Made by a program: the position numbers and the translations under genes. Below are positions 1 to 9,406 of a stretch of DNA of 64,000 nucleotides, one piece after another; position 1 is the first letter of the stretch, and each line of letters opens with the position of its first letter. A model generated the notes under the pieces. The model was not told the DNA's origin and searched no databases. It saw nothing but the letters and a program-made list of their open reading frames with translations. This DNA is from Selaginella moellendorffii (Eukaryota > Plantae > Lycopodiophyta): assembly GCF_000143415.4 (NCBI RefSeq), contig NW_003314310.1, positions 676,611 to 740,610 of the forward strand, in the 5' to 3' direction.

Positions 1-119
1 GGAGGAGAAATCTGAGAAGAGGATTCCATTCTGGAGTAATCGCTCCTTGGCTGCTGCCATTGCCTCTGGAAGAGCGCCACAATGGCTCTCACTCGCTGGT
101 GGAGATACGCGCAGCTCAT
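1..119 (-). CDS. 5' end of a probable gene running off the left edge of the window (product unknown)
   Basis: Minus-strand ATG at 119 opens MSCAYLHQRVRAIVALFQRQWQQPRSDYSRMESFSDFSS, which reaches base 1 without a stop. TATA-like GATATAAA lies ~70 nt upstream (190-197). Too short to assign a family. Confidence 0.35.
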   Translation of the reverse strand, partial: MSCAYLHQRVRAIVALFQRQWQQPRSDYSRMESSSQISP

Positions 120-559
120 TGATCACTTCTATGATCAAATTCGATCCCCTGGAAGTCGAATGCTCTTCTCCTCTCGGGAAACCTGCGAGTTTATATCCCC
201 GGTTTGTCGGGATGCCGGTCAGGGGCGATCGATCGGTCGACGATGATGCAACACTGCGGCATCAATCACCGGGACGAAAGGATGAATCTTTGGATTGGTC
301 CGCTTGTCGGACGATCCCAGCATTGTTCCAAATCTCCCAGAAACAACGAGCTTAAATCCAAGCTAGCATTCCATAGCCGTGATACTTCCCGGGCCAGCAA
401 AGGTACTTCTCCGTGCGCAGGGGAGGACTCCTTGTCGTACTGCCTTGGCTGCTTGATCACAGAAAAATGGATCTCGGCGAGAATCCTTTGTCCGATCGCG
501 CGGCTTTGTTCCAAAACAACGCGCGTCAATCCAAGAATCGAAGCCTTCCGTTCATCCAA

Positions 560-655
560 CACGTCAGCCCTAACCGACACGCAAGCCCTAATTTAGTCAC
601 GTCAGCCCTAACGGATCCGACGGCTCTTGCTCTTGCTATCGATCCGACGGCTCGC
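560..655. promoter_or_regulatory. Clustered repeated promoter-like motifs in the divergent intergenic region
   Basis: CACGTCAGCCCTAAC occurs twice, GCCCTAA three times and GATCCGACGGCTC twice. These carry ACGT-core and telo-box-like CCCTAA motifs. Confidence 0.35.
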
Positions 656-1353
656 GATCTTGTTGACAGAGAAAGAGAATCTTTCAGATGAGAGGATCAG
701 GATACCGCATTAGTTTAGGCTAAAATATCTCCGTATTATCTCGTTAATCTCTGCATTATCGGTGTGGATGAGAAGAAAAAACAAAGAGAACAAGGGATAG
801 ACAATCCAGTGCGAGGGGACCCATTTTTCGGTGAAGTGTTTGGAGACACGCCGAGGTAAAGCAAAGGGCAAGCAAAGAAGAGATCGCAAGCAAAGCTTTG
901 GAGCGAGGGCGAGCGAGGGCTATGGCGAGCGAGTCAGTCGAGTGTGGGAGAATTTGTGGGCGGCGGCGCCGCTCCTCCCAGCCCGCGCTGTGGCGTTGAG
1001 TTGGGTCGCCGGGGAATGGGTGATTCTTCGCTGCATTCTTTGATTTCGGTGCTGCCCTGATCATGTAGAGGTAAAATTCGCTGTGCCTGCTTTGGGGATT
1101 TTTATCTTTTTTCTTGTTTGAGGGAGGGATGCATTGCGTGGTTTGGGCTGTCTAGAGGTTGGTCTCGTTTCATCTTTGCTTCTCTTTCCTTCCTCCGAGA
1201 AAAAGCTTGTGTATATAGTAGTCCTTGTACAGTTTTTTTTCTTTCTTTCTTGTCTATCTCTTCGAGGTTTTCTTGTGAATCCCCCTCTTTTTTTCCTCTT
1301 TTCTTCTTTCTTTTTCCTCTCTTTGCGATTGATTCCGGAAAGGGCAAACCAAT

Positions 1354-2962
1354 ATGTGCTTGCTTCTCGGCTATGGCAAATCCTTCAAGGAATCCCTCAA
1401 AGCTTTGGAAGCTGACATCCAACATGCCAACACACTGTAAGTTTCTCTCGAGCCTTAAAAACATGGTTTTGATCCATCTCTTTTATCTTCCTCGCGCTCG
1501 AGCTCGAGCTTATCTATCTTACACCCAAAACAACAAAGAAGATAAAAAAATTAAAAATTCCTCAGATAGTTGGCTTGCTTGTCACCTTGCGTTCTTGTCC
1601 CGTAACGATCATGCAATCGTTTTCGATGTCGTGTCAAGTTTTTTTCGAATCTCTGCATACTTTTCTTCCCTTTGTATTGAAACTAAGCTGTATACACTTT
1701 GTGTTCTTGGTTGCTTGCAGGGCTCTAGATTATCCTCGCGAGTACGATGGCGTCTGCCTCCAAATGCGGCTATCTTACAGCCCCGCCGCGCATTTCTTCC
1801 TATTTTTATTCCAGTGGGCCGACTGTAGCCTCGCTGGTGCTCTCGGCCTCCTCCGGATTCTCATCTACAAGGTAGAAGTTTGGAGAGTTTCCTTTGATCT
1901 TTTGTTCCGAGCGGTGCTTCTTGCTTGGATCAATCCGACTGACTTTCGCGCTCTCGTCTCTGTTTGATTAGGTGCTGCGTGATGGAACCACGACAATGTC
2001 AACTTACGAGAGGAAAGCTAGCTTGAGAGAATTTTACGGTGGGTGCTTTGTCCCTTTTCTCTCCTCTCTCTTGTGTGTGTGTGTGTCTTTCGAAAGTATC
2101 TTCTAGTGCCAGTAGTGCCAGTAGTCATTGTCTGCAAGTAGTCTCGGTCTACCAAGATGGAAAAAAAAAGGATTTCAGGATTATTTTATCTGGGATCTGA
2201 TCTCATCTCTTGTTTTTCTTGCCATTCTTTACGATGCAGCGTACATATATCCATCTTTTTTATCTGTGATCTGATCTCATCTCTTGTTTTCTTGGTTTTT
2301 TTTTTCTCGATGCAGCGTACATATATCCATCGCTGCAGCAGCTTCCGGCCGTGCTGAGCGAAGCAGAGAATTCCAAACAAAAATCAATCTGTATAGAGCG
2401 GTCCAAGAAGAAGGAGGAGGAGCGGCTGGCTCTCTCCGATATCGACCTGGAGAGAGAACACGAGTGCAATATTTGCATGGAGACTTCGGAGAAGATCGTA
2501 CTCCCCGGGTGCGGGCATTCAATGTGCATTCAGTGCTTTCGAGACTGGTAAGTTACGTCTCCCTTTGTTTATTCTTGTTACTCGCTCTGGTCGGTGTTTG
2601 ATCCCAAGCTGTAGATCTGTTTGCTTTCGTTGTTTTGTCTCTTTTTCGTACAGTGTCCTTACGACTCTAGCTAGTGGAAGTCTTGATTCACTTGGTTGGA
2701 AGTCTTGCTTTGTGTTTTGCTCAGAAAGGTTTTGATCGTTTGGATTTGCAGGAACTTGAGGGCCAAGTCGTGTCCCTTCTGCCGTGATAGCCTGAAACGC
2801 GTGAACTCGAGGGACTTGTGGATCGTCACGGACAATAGCGATTTGCAGGACATGGTGACTTTCACCCGGGACAACCTCCAGCGACTTTACATGTACATTG
2901 ATAAGCTCCCACTGCTCGTCTCCGACAGCGTCCTTGCTGCTTACGACGCTCACTTGAAGTAA
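1354..2962 (+). CDS. AIRP2: AIRP2-like C3HC4 RING E3 ubiquitin ligase (5 coding exons: ~1354-1436, 1721-1871, 1972-2038, 2316-2547, 2752-2962)
   Basis: Spliced translation reads KSFKESLKALEADIQHANTL-ALDYPREYDGVCLQMRLSYSPAAHFFLFLFQWADCSLAGALGLLRILIYK-...ERKASLREFY-...CNICMETSEKIVLPGCGHSMCIQCFRDW-NLRAKSCPFCRDSLKRVNSRDLW...LYMYIDKLPL. This is the hallmark sequence of the plant AIRP2 family, with canonical GT-AG introns. Confidence 0.92.
2184..2331 (+). repeat. Tandem duplication (~75 nt unit) of the 3' splice-site region of AIRP2 intron 3
   Basis: TTTTATCTG(G/T)GATCTGATCTCATCTCTTGTTTT...CGATGCAGCGTACATATATCCATC is present at 2184-2255 and again at 2258-2331. Confidence 0.9.
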
Positions 2963-3370
2963 AAATCGCTCGAGCAAGCAAGCAAGGAACACGACGATGG
3001 TCGAGCTTGAAGAGGAAGAGGAAAGAAAAAGTAAAAAACGAAAAGCAGAAAATCGCAGCAGCCATTCTAGTGGAGTGAAAATTTCTTATGAAAAAACTTG
3101 CTTAAGAAATAAACCTCTACATTGTATAGAAGAAAGAAAACTTGTGGAAAGTCAACTTGACCCGATAGACAAGTCGTTCTTTCTCCTTTTCTTTGTCAAA
3201 CTTTCTTTTCACGCAACTTTTGACGAGAGATCCAAATCTTGACCGTTCTCAATTTGTGGCACATTTCGCTCGTAAAATTGGAGAAGCGCTCGAGCGATCA
3301 GTGGCTATGGCGCATATCTCTCAAAAATAAATAAAAGGCTTGGCTGTAGAAAATGTCGGAGGTGTGACAA

Positions 3371-4168
3371 ATGGACTCGGGCCGGCTGACGGATTCCACA
3401 TTGCAGACGCAAGCGACGAGAAGCAGCAGACGAGGCAAGCTCAGGAGCTCATCGTCGCCTTCTCAGGTAAACTTATTCTCTCCCGGGATATGATCCTCGA
3501 GTGAAAATTTCTAGATAGATCCACCATCCAAAGTTCTTCCTGGGTTGAATCTGTGAGAAGCGAGGCTCCTGGGCAGGAAGATCACGCAATTGGGTCTCGC
3601 GGGTTCCAATCCGATCCTCGAGATCGTGCCCCCATCGTGCCTAATCCCTCTCAGTGGATCGAAGTTGGGTGATCGTGTCAAGAAGGAGAGTAAAGTTTCC
3701 TATAATTCTTTCCAGGTGATCCGGCGGTGCTTGGTCAAGCTCAGGAAGTTGTCAAGCTCGTGGAGGTGGAAGCTAATGAGGCGGATGGATTGGCTGCTAA
3801 CGCCGCGCAGGAAGTCGCAGTTCCGGCGATGGGGAGGGCCATCGCCAATGCTGGCGAGCGAGCTGTCCATGGAATCCATGGCGACGAGCTACGAGCATCT
3901 ATCGAGCTCGCAAGTGAGCAGGATGTGGAGGGAGGCCGACACGATCGAGGTGCCGGTGTCGAGATTTACGAGGCAGAGGTTTTTCGCGAGGCTGATTGAG
4001 TTTTGCCAGTCGAGAGGGAGCAGTAGTGGCAGCAGCAGTGGCAGCGGGAGTTTTAGCTCCAGCTCGGGAGATTTGAGCAGCGTGAGCCTGGAGGAGTCGC
4101 CCAGCAAGAGGAAGAAATGGTGGCGCATGGATACGGAGAAAAGATGGCCCGTGCAGGGCTGGTGCTGA
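3371..4168 (+). CDS. Small basic Ser-rich plant protein with C-terminal RWPVQGW motif (2 exons: 3371-3466, 3716-4168)
   Basis: ATG 3371 MDSGRLTDSTLQ...SSSSPSQ joins in phase 0 (CAG|GTAAAC ... TTCCAG|GTG) to VIRRCLVKLRKL...KRKKWWRMDTEKRWPVQGWC*. The terminal D-x-x-x-RWPVQGW motif recalls an uncharacterised plant protein family. Confidence 0.65.
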
Positions 4169-4434
4169 TCAAATGCTTGGATCAACTTGGCAGCCTTTTG
4201 CTAAATTTGCCAAGAGAATAAATGCAACAGTTGGGCATTTTACAAAACTGATTTGCATAATTTCATGCTTTTGTAAATGGTTTAATTTTTCATTTTTGTG
4301 TGGAAAAAAAAAAAATTATAGTAAAAAAGATATTATAGTAAAAAAGAATCAAATGCAACAAGATGCTGGTATATTCTTCAAATGAGAAGCCAATGGAGAA
4401 TAAATATTTTTTAATTTTTTTAATAAAAAAGTTA

Positions 4435-4500
4435 TGGAGATGCCAGGAGTTGAACCCAGGCAAACAGAGCTTTGTCGCTTGATATAACCGCTACATCTCC
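4435..4500 (-). ncRNA. tRNA-like element (tRNA-Ala-derived, D/anticodon region remodelled), copy 1
   Basis: Minus strand GGAGATG-TAGCGGTTATATCAAGCGACAAAGCTCTGTTTGC-CTGGGTTCAACTCCTGG-CATCTCC-A. It has a 7-bp acceptor stem, a T-arm with B-box GGTTCAACTCC, a discriminator A and a T6 run 4 nt downstream. Confidence 0.6.
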
Positions 4501-4567
4501 CTTAATTTTCCATACACTAACAGAATGTTCAATATATTAATCGAATTGTCCTCTCCATTAAAACATC

Positions 4568-4998
4568 AGAAGTTGTCCAGGGAGGTTGGCATTTGCAATG
4601 AAAAGAACTGCAAAGTCGCAAGTCCCCTCCTCCACATACTCTTCTGCCTGTTCCCTGCTTAATAAAAGTCATCGTTAAGTTTGAGTTTGACTGTTTGGAG
4701 AAATCTAAGAGGCGAGCCTCACCATTCCTCCGTTGATCATGAGCGTTCTTCTGGAAGAACTGAAACGCGTCCGTCTCAAAGTTTGGCTTGTAGTACTTGT
4801 AGTATGGATCGTAGTTGAGGCTGGACATGCAACCGTAGGCAAGATCTCCTTCTCCATACGCAAGCTGATCTAGAGAGCCATCCTCTGGCTCGATCCATTG
4901 AATGTAACACCGAGAGAAGCAAAGAAGAGAAGAGATTGTGTGGATCCTCCAGCCCCATTTTATACTTGGTGTCTTTGGTGACGTGCCGATGACGTCAA
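4568..4998 (-). pseudogene. Inverted, internally deleted copy of the adjacent OYE gene (promoter and 5'UTR fused to remnants of the last two exons and their intron)
   Basis: Minus strand encodes EPEDGSLDQLAY-GEGDLAYGCMSSLNYDPYYKYYKPNFETDAFQFFQK with indels relative to 6790-7190. 4905-4998 is the reverse complement of the OYE promoter (TGACG pair, TATAAAATGGGG, GATCCACACAATCTCTTCT...GCTTCTCTCGG). Confidence 0.85.
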
Positions 4999-5075
4999 GG
5001 CCATGGCAGCGTGGCAAATGGCATCCTTCGTTTAGGGCTGTTTGCGCGCGCATCTCTCTTTCAATTTCTTCTTCT

Positions 5076-5369
5076 ATGGCGGCCAGATCGCTGCCCGTTG
5101 GAATGGCGGTATCAGGCGGCCTCACGCTGCTCTACTTGCTCAAGAATCGCCGCCACAGGCCCGACGATCCCCGCTTGGGGCTGAAATGGGTGTCGAGGGC
5201 GGTGAGGCGGATCGATTGCTATTGCTCCGCCATCCTGGACGAGTTTGAGGAGTGGGGGATCCGGCTGGAGCTGTTGGCCCTGATTGGGATCCTGGCATTT
5301 GCGGCATACTTCTTCTTCTTGAACGAGGAGAATCCCGAGTGCTGTCAGCTGCCGCCCAATCTCTTCTAG
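5076..5369 (+). CDS. Small orphan membrane protein (~97 aa, two hydrophobic segments)
   Basis: MAARSLPVGMAVSGGLTLLYLLKNRR...WGIRLELLALIGILAFAAYFFFLNEENPECCQLPPNLF*. Codons are GC3-rich, the leader is pyrimidine-rich, and an apparent 3'UTR intron runs CAG|GTAAGC (5429) to TTTCAG (5547). Confidence 0.5.
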   Translation: MAARSLPVGMAVSGGLTLLYLLKNRRHRPDDPRLGLKWVSRAVRRIDCYCSAILDEFEEWGIRLELLALIGILAFAAYFFFLNEENPECCQLPPNLF

Positions 5370-5676
5370 AGTGGAAGAATCCCGGCAAAAACTGAGAATC
5401 ACTTGCCTCCAGAGCCGCTCTGATCCCAGGTAAGCAATTCTTTTGAGTCATCCGTGCAATTGGATTGGTATTTTGTGATTCCAGTGAGCAAAGAAGCGCT
5501 CCGAGAAGTCCATAGCTGGGGCAGAAAATTCTATTTCGTTTTTCAGGTATGTGAATCACGAATCAAGAGAGCATTGAGCTACCACATAAAGGCTTGATCT
5601 AGCAACTTGGAGTTAACATTGAGAGGCTAGAGAGCACCAAGAGTGACGAATCCCCCGCGGGCAATGGAGGACGAAG

Positions 5677-5760
5677 TGACGTCATTTGCACGTCACCATG
5701 ACATGGGGAAGCTATACGAAGTCAAAGGAAAGCACGAAGTGATCCTCTGCTGAATATAAA
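5677..5760 (+). promoter_or_regulatory. as-1/ocs-like paired TGACG (TGA-bZIP) element plus TATA box of the OYE gene
   Basis: TGACGTCATTTGCACGTCA at 5677-5695 and TATAAA at 5755-5760, ~80 nt upstream of the ATG at 5842. Confidence 0.6.
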
Positions 5761-5841
5761 ATGGGGTTGAGTTCTTCTGCAAGATCCACACAATCTCTTC
5801 TTTGCTTCTCTCGGAATCGCCCACCGCAGTTTCTCTAGTCA

Positions 5842-7266
5842 ATGGCTCCTCCATACAAGAGATTGCTCGAGCCAGTCCTGGTGGGCGATTCGCAGCTCCA
5901 GCACCGCGTCGCCATGTCTCCTATGACGCGCCTGAGGAACCACCCGGATCTGGAGGCTCCGGGAGATCTCAATGTGCTCTACTACTCGCAGAGATCGTCC
6001 AATGGAGGCCTCATCATCAGCGAAGGTATGCTAGAGCCTAGATCGTTCGATCGATGTGAGGTCGATCTCTCTTTCAGGGACATATCCCACCCCGGACTCT
6101 CGAGGCTACATACGAATGCCCGGAATATGGAGCCCCGAGCAAATCAAGGCCTGGAAGCGAGTCACCGATGCTGTTCATGCCAAGGGCGGGGTGATCTTCT
6201 GCCAGTTGATGCCCGCTGGTCGAATTTCCCACTCCTCTCTCCTCCCAGACGGGATGCTCCCTGTGGCGCCATCCGCGGTAAAACCCAGCGGATTGGTCCA
6301 CGTCAGGGAAGGGAAGGTAAAATACCCACGCTCGTACTGGATGTGGTGAAAGTGAGAATCTCTGTCCAGGTCCCGTATGAAGTTCCAAGAGCTTTGGAGC
6401 TCGAGGAGATCCCCGCGGAGGTGGACAAGGTCGCGGCGGCTGCCACCCGTGCGATCGAGGCAGGATTCGACGGCATCGAGCTGCACAGTGGTAATGGGTA
6501 TTTGATGCAGCAGTTCCTGGCCAAGGAGACGAATCTCCGGACGGACGAGTATGGAGGGAGCGTTGAAAACAGGGCACGCTTTGTCCTCGAGGTGACTTTC
6601 GTTGACTGGGCGCGCTGACCGTGGTTGACTCGGCTGTGGGCATTTGTTGACCAGGTTGTGGATGCGTGTGCAAAGGCAATTGGATCGCACAGGGTTGGGA
6701 TCAAGCTCCAGCAAGGTGGGAGAAGAGTTTTACTTTGTCGATTTTGATTCAATGATCCTTGTGGAACTAGGTGTGACATTCAGTGGATTGGTCGAGCCAG
6801 AGGATGACTCTCTAGATCAGCTTGCGTACCTGGGTCCGGAGTTGGAGAAGCGAGATCTCGCCTACGTTTGCATGTCCAGCCTCAATTACGATCCATACTA
6901 CAAGTTCCTGGGCCTGGACAAGCCAAACTTTGAGACGGACGTGTTTCAGTTCTTCCGGAAGCACTTCAAGGGAACGCTCATGATCAACGGGGGAATCCAG
7001 CCACAGAAGGTGAGCCGCAGTGAAACTCAAAGTTGAGAATGTTAACGATGACGTTGATACAGGCAGAAGAGTATGTGGAGGAGGGGACTTGCGACCTCGT
7101 CTGCTTTGCAGTTCTTTTCATTGCAAATGCCAACCTCCCACAGCTCCTGGCGGCGGGCCAAGAGCTCAACATGGGCGGCTGGACAACTTCTACATGGTAC
7201 AGTAGGGATCCCATGGATGATCCCAAAGGATACACGGACTGGCCACTTGTTGAGGCTGCTCTGTAA
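5842..7266 (+). CDS. Old Yellow Enzyme family FMN-dependent ene-reductase (OPR/NemA-like), 6 exons
   Basis: Motifs [105 protein letters not shown] and the C-terminal KGYTDWP. Introns are short GT-AG. Confidence 0.93.
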
Positions 7267-7376
7267 TTTACTCCACATTTAAAAGATGTCAGCATTTGAC
7301 CAAATTATCTAAATTAATTTGGATGTGTTTCAGTTCTTCCGGAAGCAAATGCGCTCTAATTTAACAAAAAAAGCTA

Positions 7377-7442
7377 TGGAGATGCCAGGAGTTGAACCCG
7401 GGCAAACAGAGCTTTGGCGCTTGTTCTAACCGCTACATCTCC
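7377..7442 (-). ncRNA. tRNA-like element, copy 2
   Basis: Minus strand GGAGATG-TAGCGGTTAGAACAAGCGCCAAAGCTCTGTTTGC-CCGGGTTCAACTCCTGG-CATCTCC-A followed by TAGC-TTTTTTT. It is 62/66 nt identical to the 4435-4500 copy. Confidence 0.65.
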
Positions 7443-7593
7443 GCTAATTTTCTATATACTAGCTTTTTTTGCTTAATTTTAATTATTATAGTTTCTGCCC
7501 TAATTTTTAACAAAGACAAACATTTTTGCCAACCTAACGACAGGTCCACTATGGTCAACGAAGATAGTACTAGGCGGTTGTATAGAAGAATTA

Positions 7594-9406
7594 TTACTTG
7601 ACCGCGAGCTGCTGCTCTCTGTCCACTGACGCCGGCGGCACGACGTTCTTCCAGAACCAGTGCTTCCGCCACACGTTGATCATCTCCTCGATGGGAACGT
7701 TCATGGTCTCGGGCAGCAGGAAGAAGACGTAGAGCGTCATGATCGCCTCCCACGCCGCGAAGAAGAGGAAGATCCCAAACTTGAAGGCGCAGAGCATGGC
7801 CAGGAAGCACTGGGCGATGGCGAAGGTGAAGAGGAGGTTCACTGCGACGGTGATGCTCTGTCCGGCGGAGCGAGTCTCGAGCGGGAAGATCTCGCTGGGG
7901 ACGAGCCAGCCGAGGCCCCCCCACGACCAGCCGAATCCGAGAACGAAGAAGCAGACGAGGACGACGACGAGCGCTGAGTTTTGCTTGGAGAGGGACTCCT
8001 GGCCTTGGTACTTGACTGCCAAGATGATCGCAATGGCAACCTGGAAGCCAAGAGCAAAGATCAATCCGTGCTTGCGAAAGTTGGATGAATGGAAAAACTA
8101 GAAAGACAAAGAACTAGTTTTACCTGGCAGACGACCATGAGAACTCCTCCCAGCATGAAGAGCTTCCGACGTCCCCATCTATCCACAGTGGCGATGGTGA
8201 GCAGCGAAGCGAAGACGATCACGGCACCCGTGAGAACCGACGAGTAGAGCGAGGCGCTTCCTCCAAAACCGAGGCTCTGGAACAGCACCGGCGCGTAGGA
8301 GAGGATGGAGTTGATGCCTGTGAGGAGCTGAAACGCAGGGAGGAAGAAGGCCATCACCAGCTGAGGCCGGCTCCTCGGCTTGAAGATGTTTCTAAACGGG
8401 TGCTTCACCGTCTTTGCAACGTCGCTGGCCTCCAACAGGTCCTGGTACTCAGCTTCCACGCTGGTGGTTCCACGGATCTTTTCCAGAATGGCCTTGCCTT
8501 CCTTAAGATGGCCACGCTGGACGAGGCTGTTTGGTGTCTCCGGCAAGAACAGGCCCCCGAAAGTCATCAGAGATGCTGGAACTGCTGCCAATCCTAGCGA
8601 AAGCCTCCACCCCCCAGGCTTTATGTTTTGCGTTCCATAGTTGACGCAGTTGGCAATCAGGATTCCTAGAGTCGTGGCGAGCTGGAAGAGCATGTTTAAG
8701 CCTCCCCGGAATTTCGGAGGAGCCATTTCCGAGAGGTAAACCGGCACTGCCTGCGTGAAAGAATTGACAGCCAGCTTTAGTTCTACTTTCGCACGGAAAG
8801 AGAAAGAAATGTTTGTTTCACGTGAGTAACATACCTGGTTTCCAAAGCCAACCCCCACTCCCAGCATGATTCTCCCGATGATTAGCATTGCCAAGTTGAC
8901 CGCTCCAGCGTTTAAGCCAGCACCGATGAGAAACGCGCAGCCCCCGATTAGAATTGTCGGCTTCCTTCCAAAAACTCTGGTCGTGTAGGAAGCTCCGAAA
9001 GTGGCAATCAGGCCGGCAATGTAGAGCGAGGACGTGAAAGCTGCGAGGCCCTGATTGTCATACTTGCAGTAGTGGTCGTCGGTGGAAGCGGTCGGGCTGT
9101 GTTTTCTCCGGTAGACAACTGGGAAGAACTCCTTGAGGAATGGATCCATGGAGGTCACACCTCCTGCAAGATAAAAATCCCATTTTCGTCTAAGTACCAT
9201 CTAACAAAATACGTTTTTTGTCCAGAGACTGTATATATGAGAAAAGGGGGAAACAGAAAATGACCCTTACCCGAAATCCCAATATCATAGCCGAAGAGAA
9301 GCCCTCCACTGGCAGCGACGATACAGGCAAGGACAACATAGATGGTAATCCTGGCCTCGTAATTGCTAGCTCGCTCATCAGCGCCTATGAAAGCAGCTCC
9401 AGCCAT
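7594..9406 (-). CDS. STP7: MFS sugar transport protein, STP7-like (4 exons)
   Basis: Motifs [121 protein letters not shown] and [15 protein letters not shown]. The Q-hydrophobic-LTG variant and [16 protein letters not shown] are typical of the STP7 clade. Confidence 0.93.

Noticed and set aside
1102-1828. Long Phe/Leu-rich and Lys-rich ORFs (1118-1828 +, 1102-1464 -)
   Set aside because: They arise from pyrimidine-rich 5'UTR/intron sequence of the AIRP2-like gene.
4435-7442. Calling the two tRNA-like elements functional tRNA-Ala genes
   Set aside because: They are only 66 nt, with no proper D-stem or 7-nt anticodon loop, and the G3:U70 identity pair is replaced by A-U.
5842-9406. C-to-U RNA editing as the explanation for non-consensus residues
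   Set aside because: These are nuclear intron-containing genes, and most changes (CAC>CCC, TGG>GGG, CAC>AAC) cannot be corrected by C-to-U editing.
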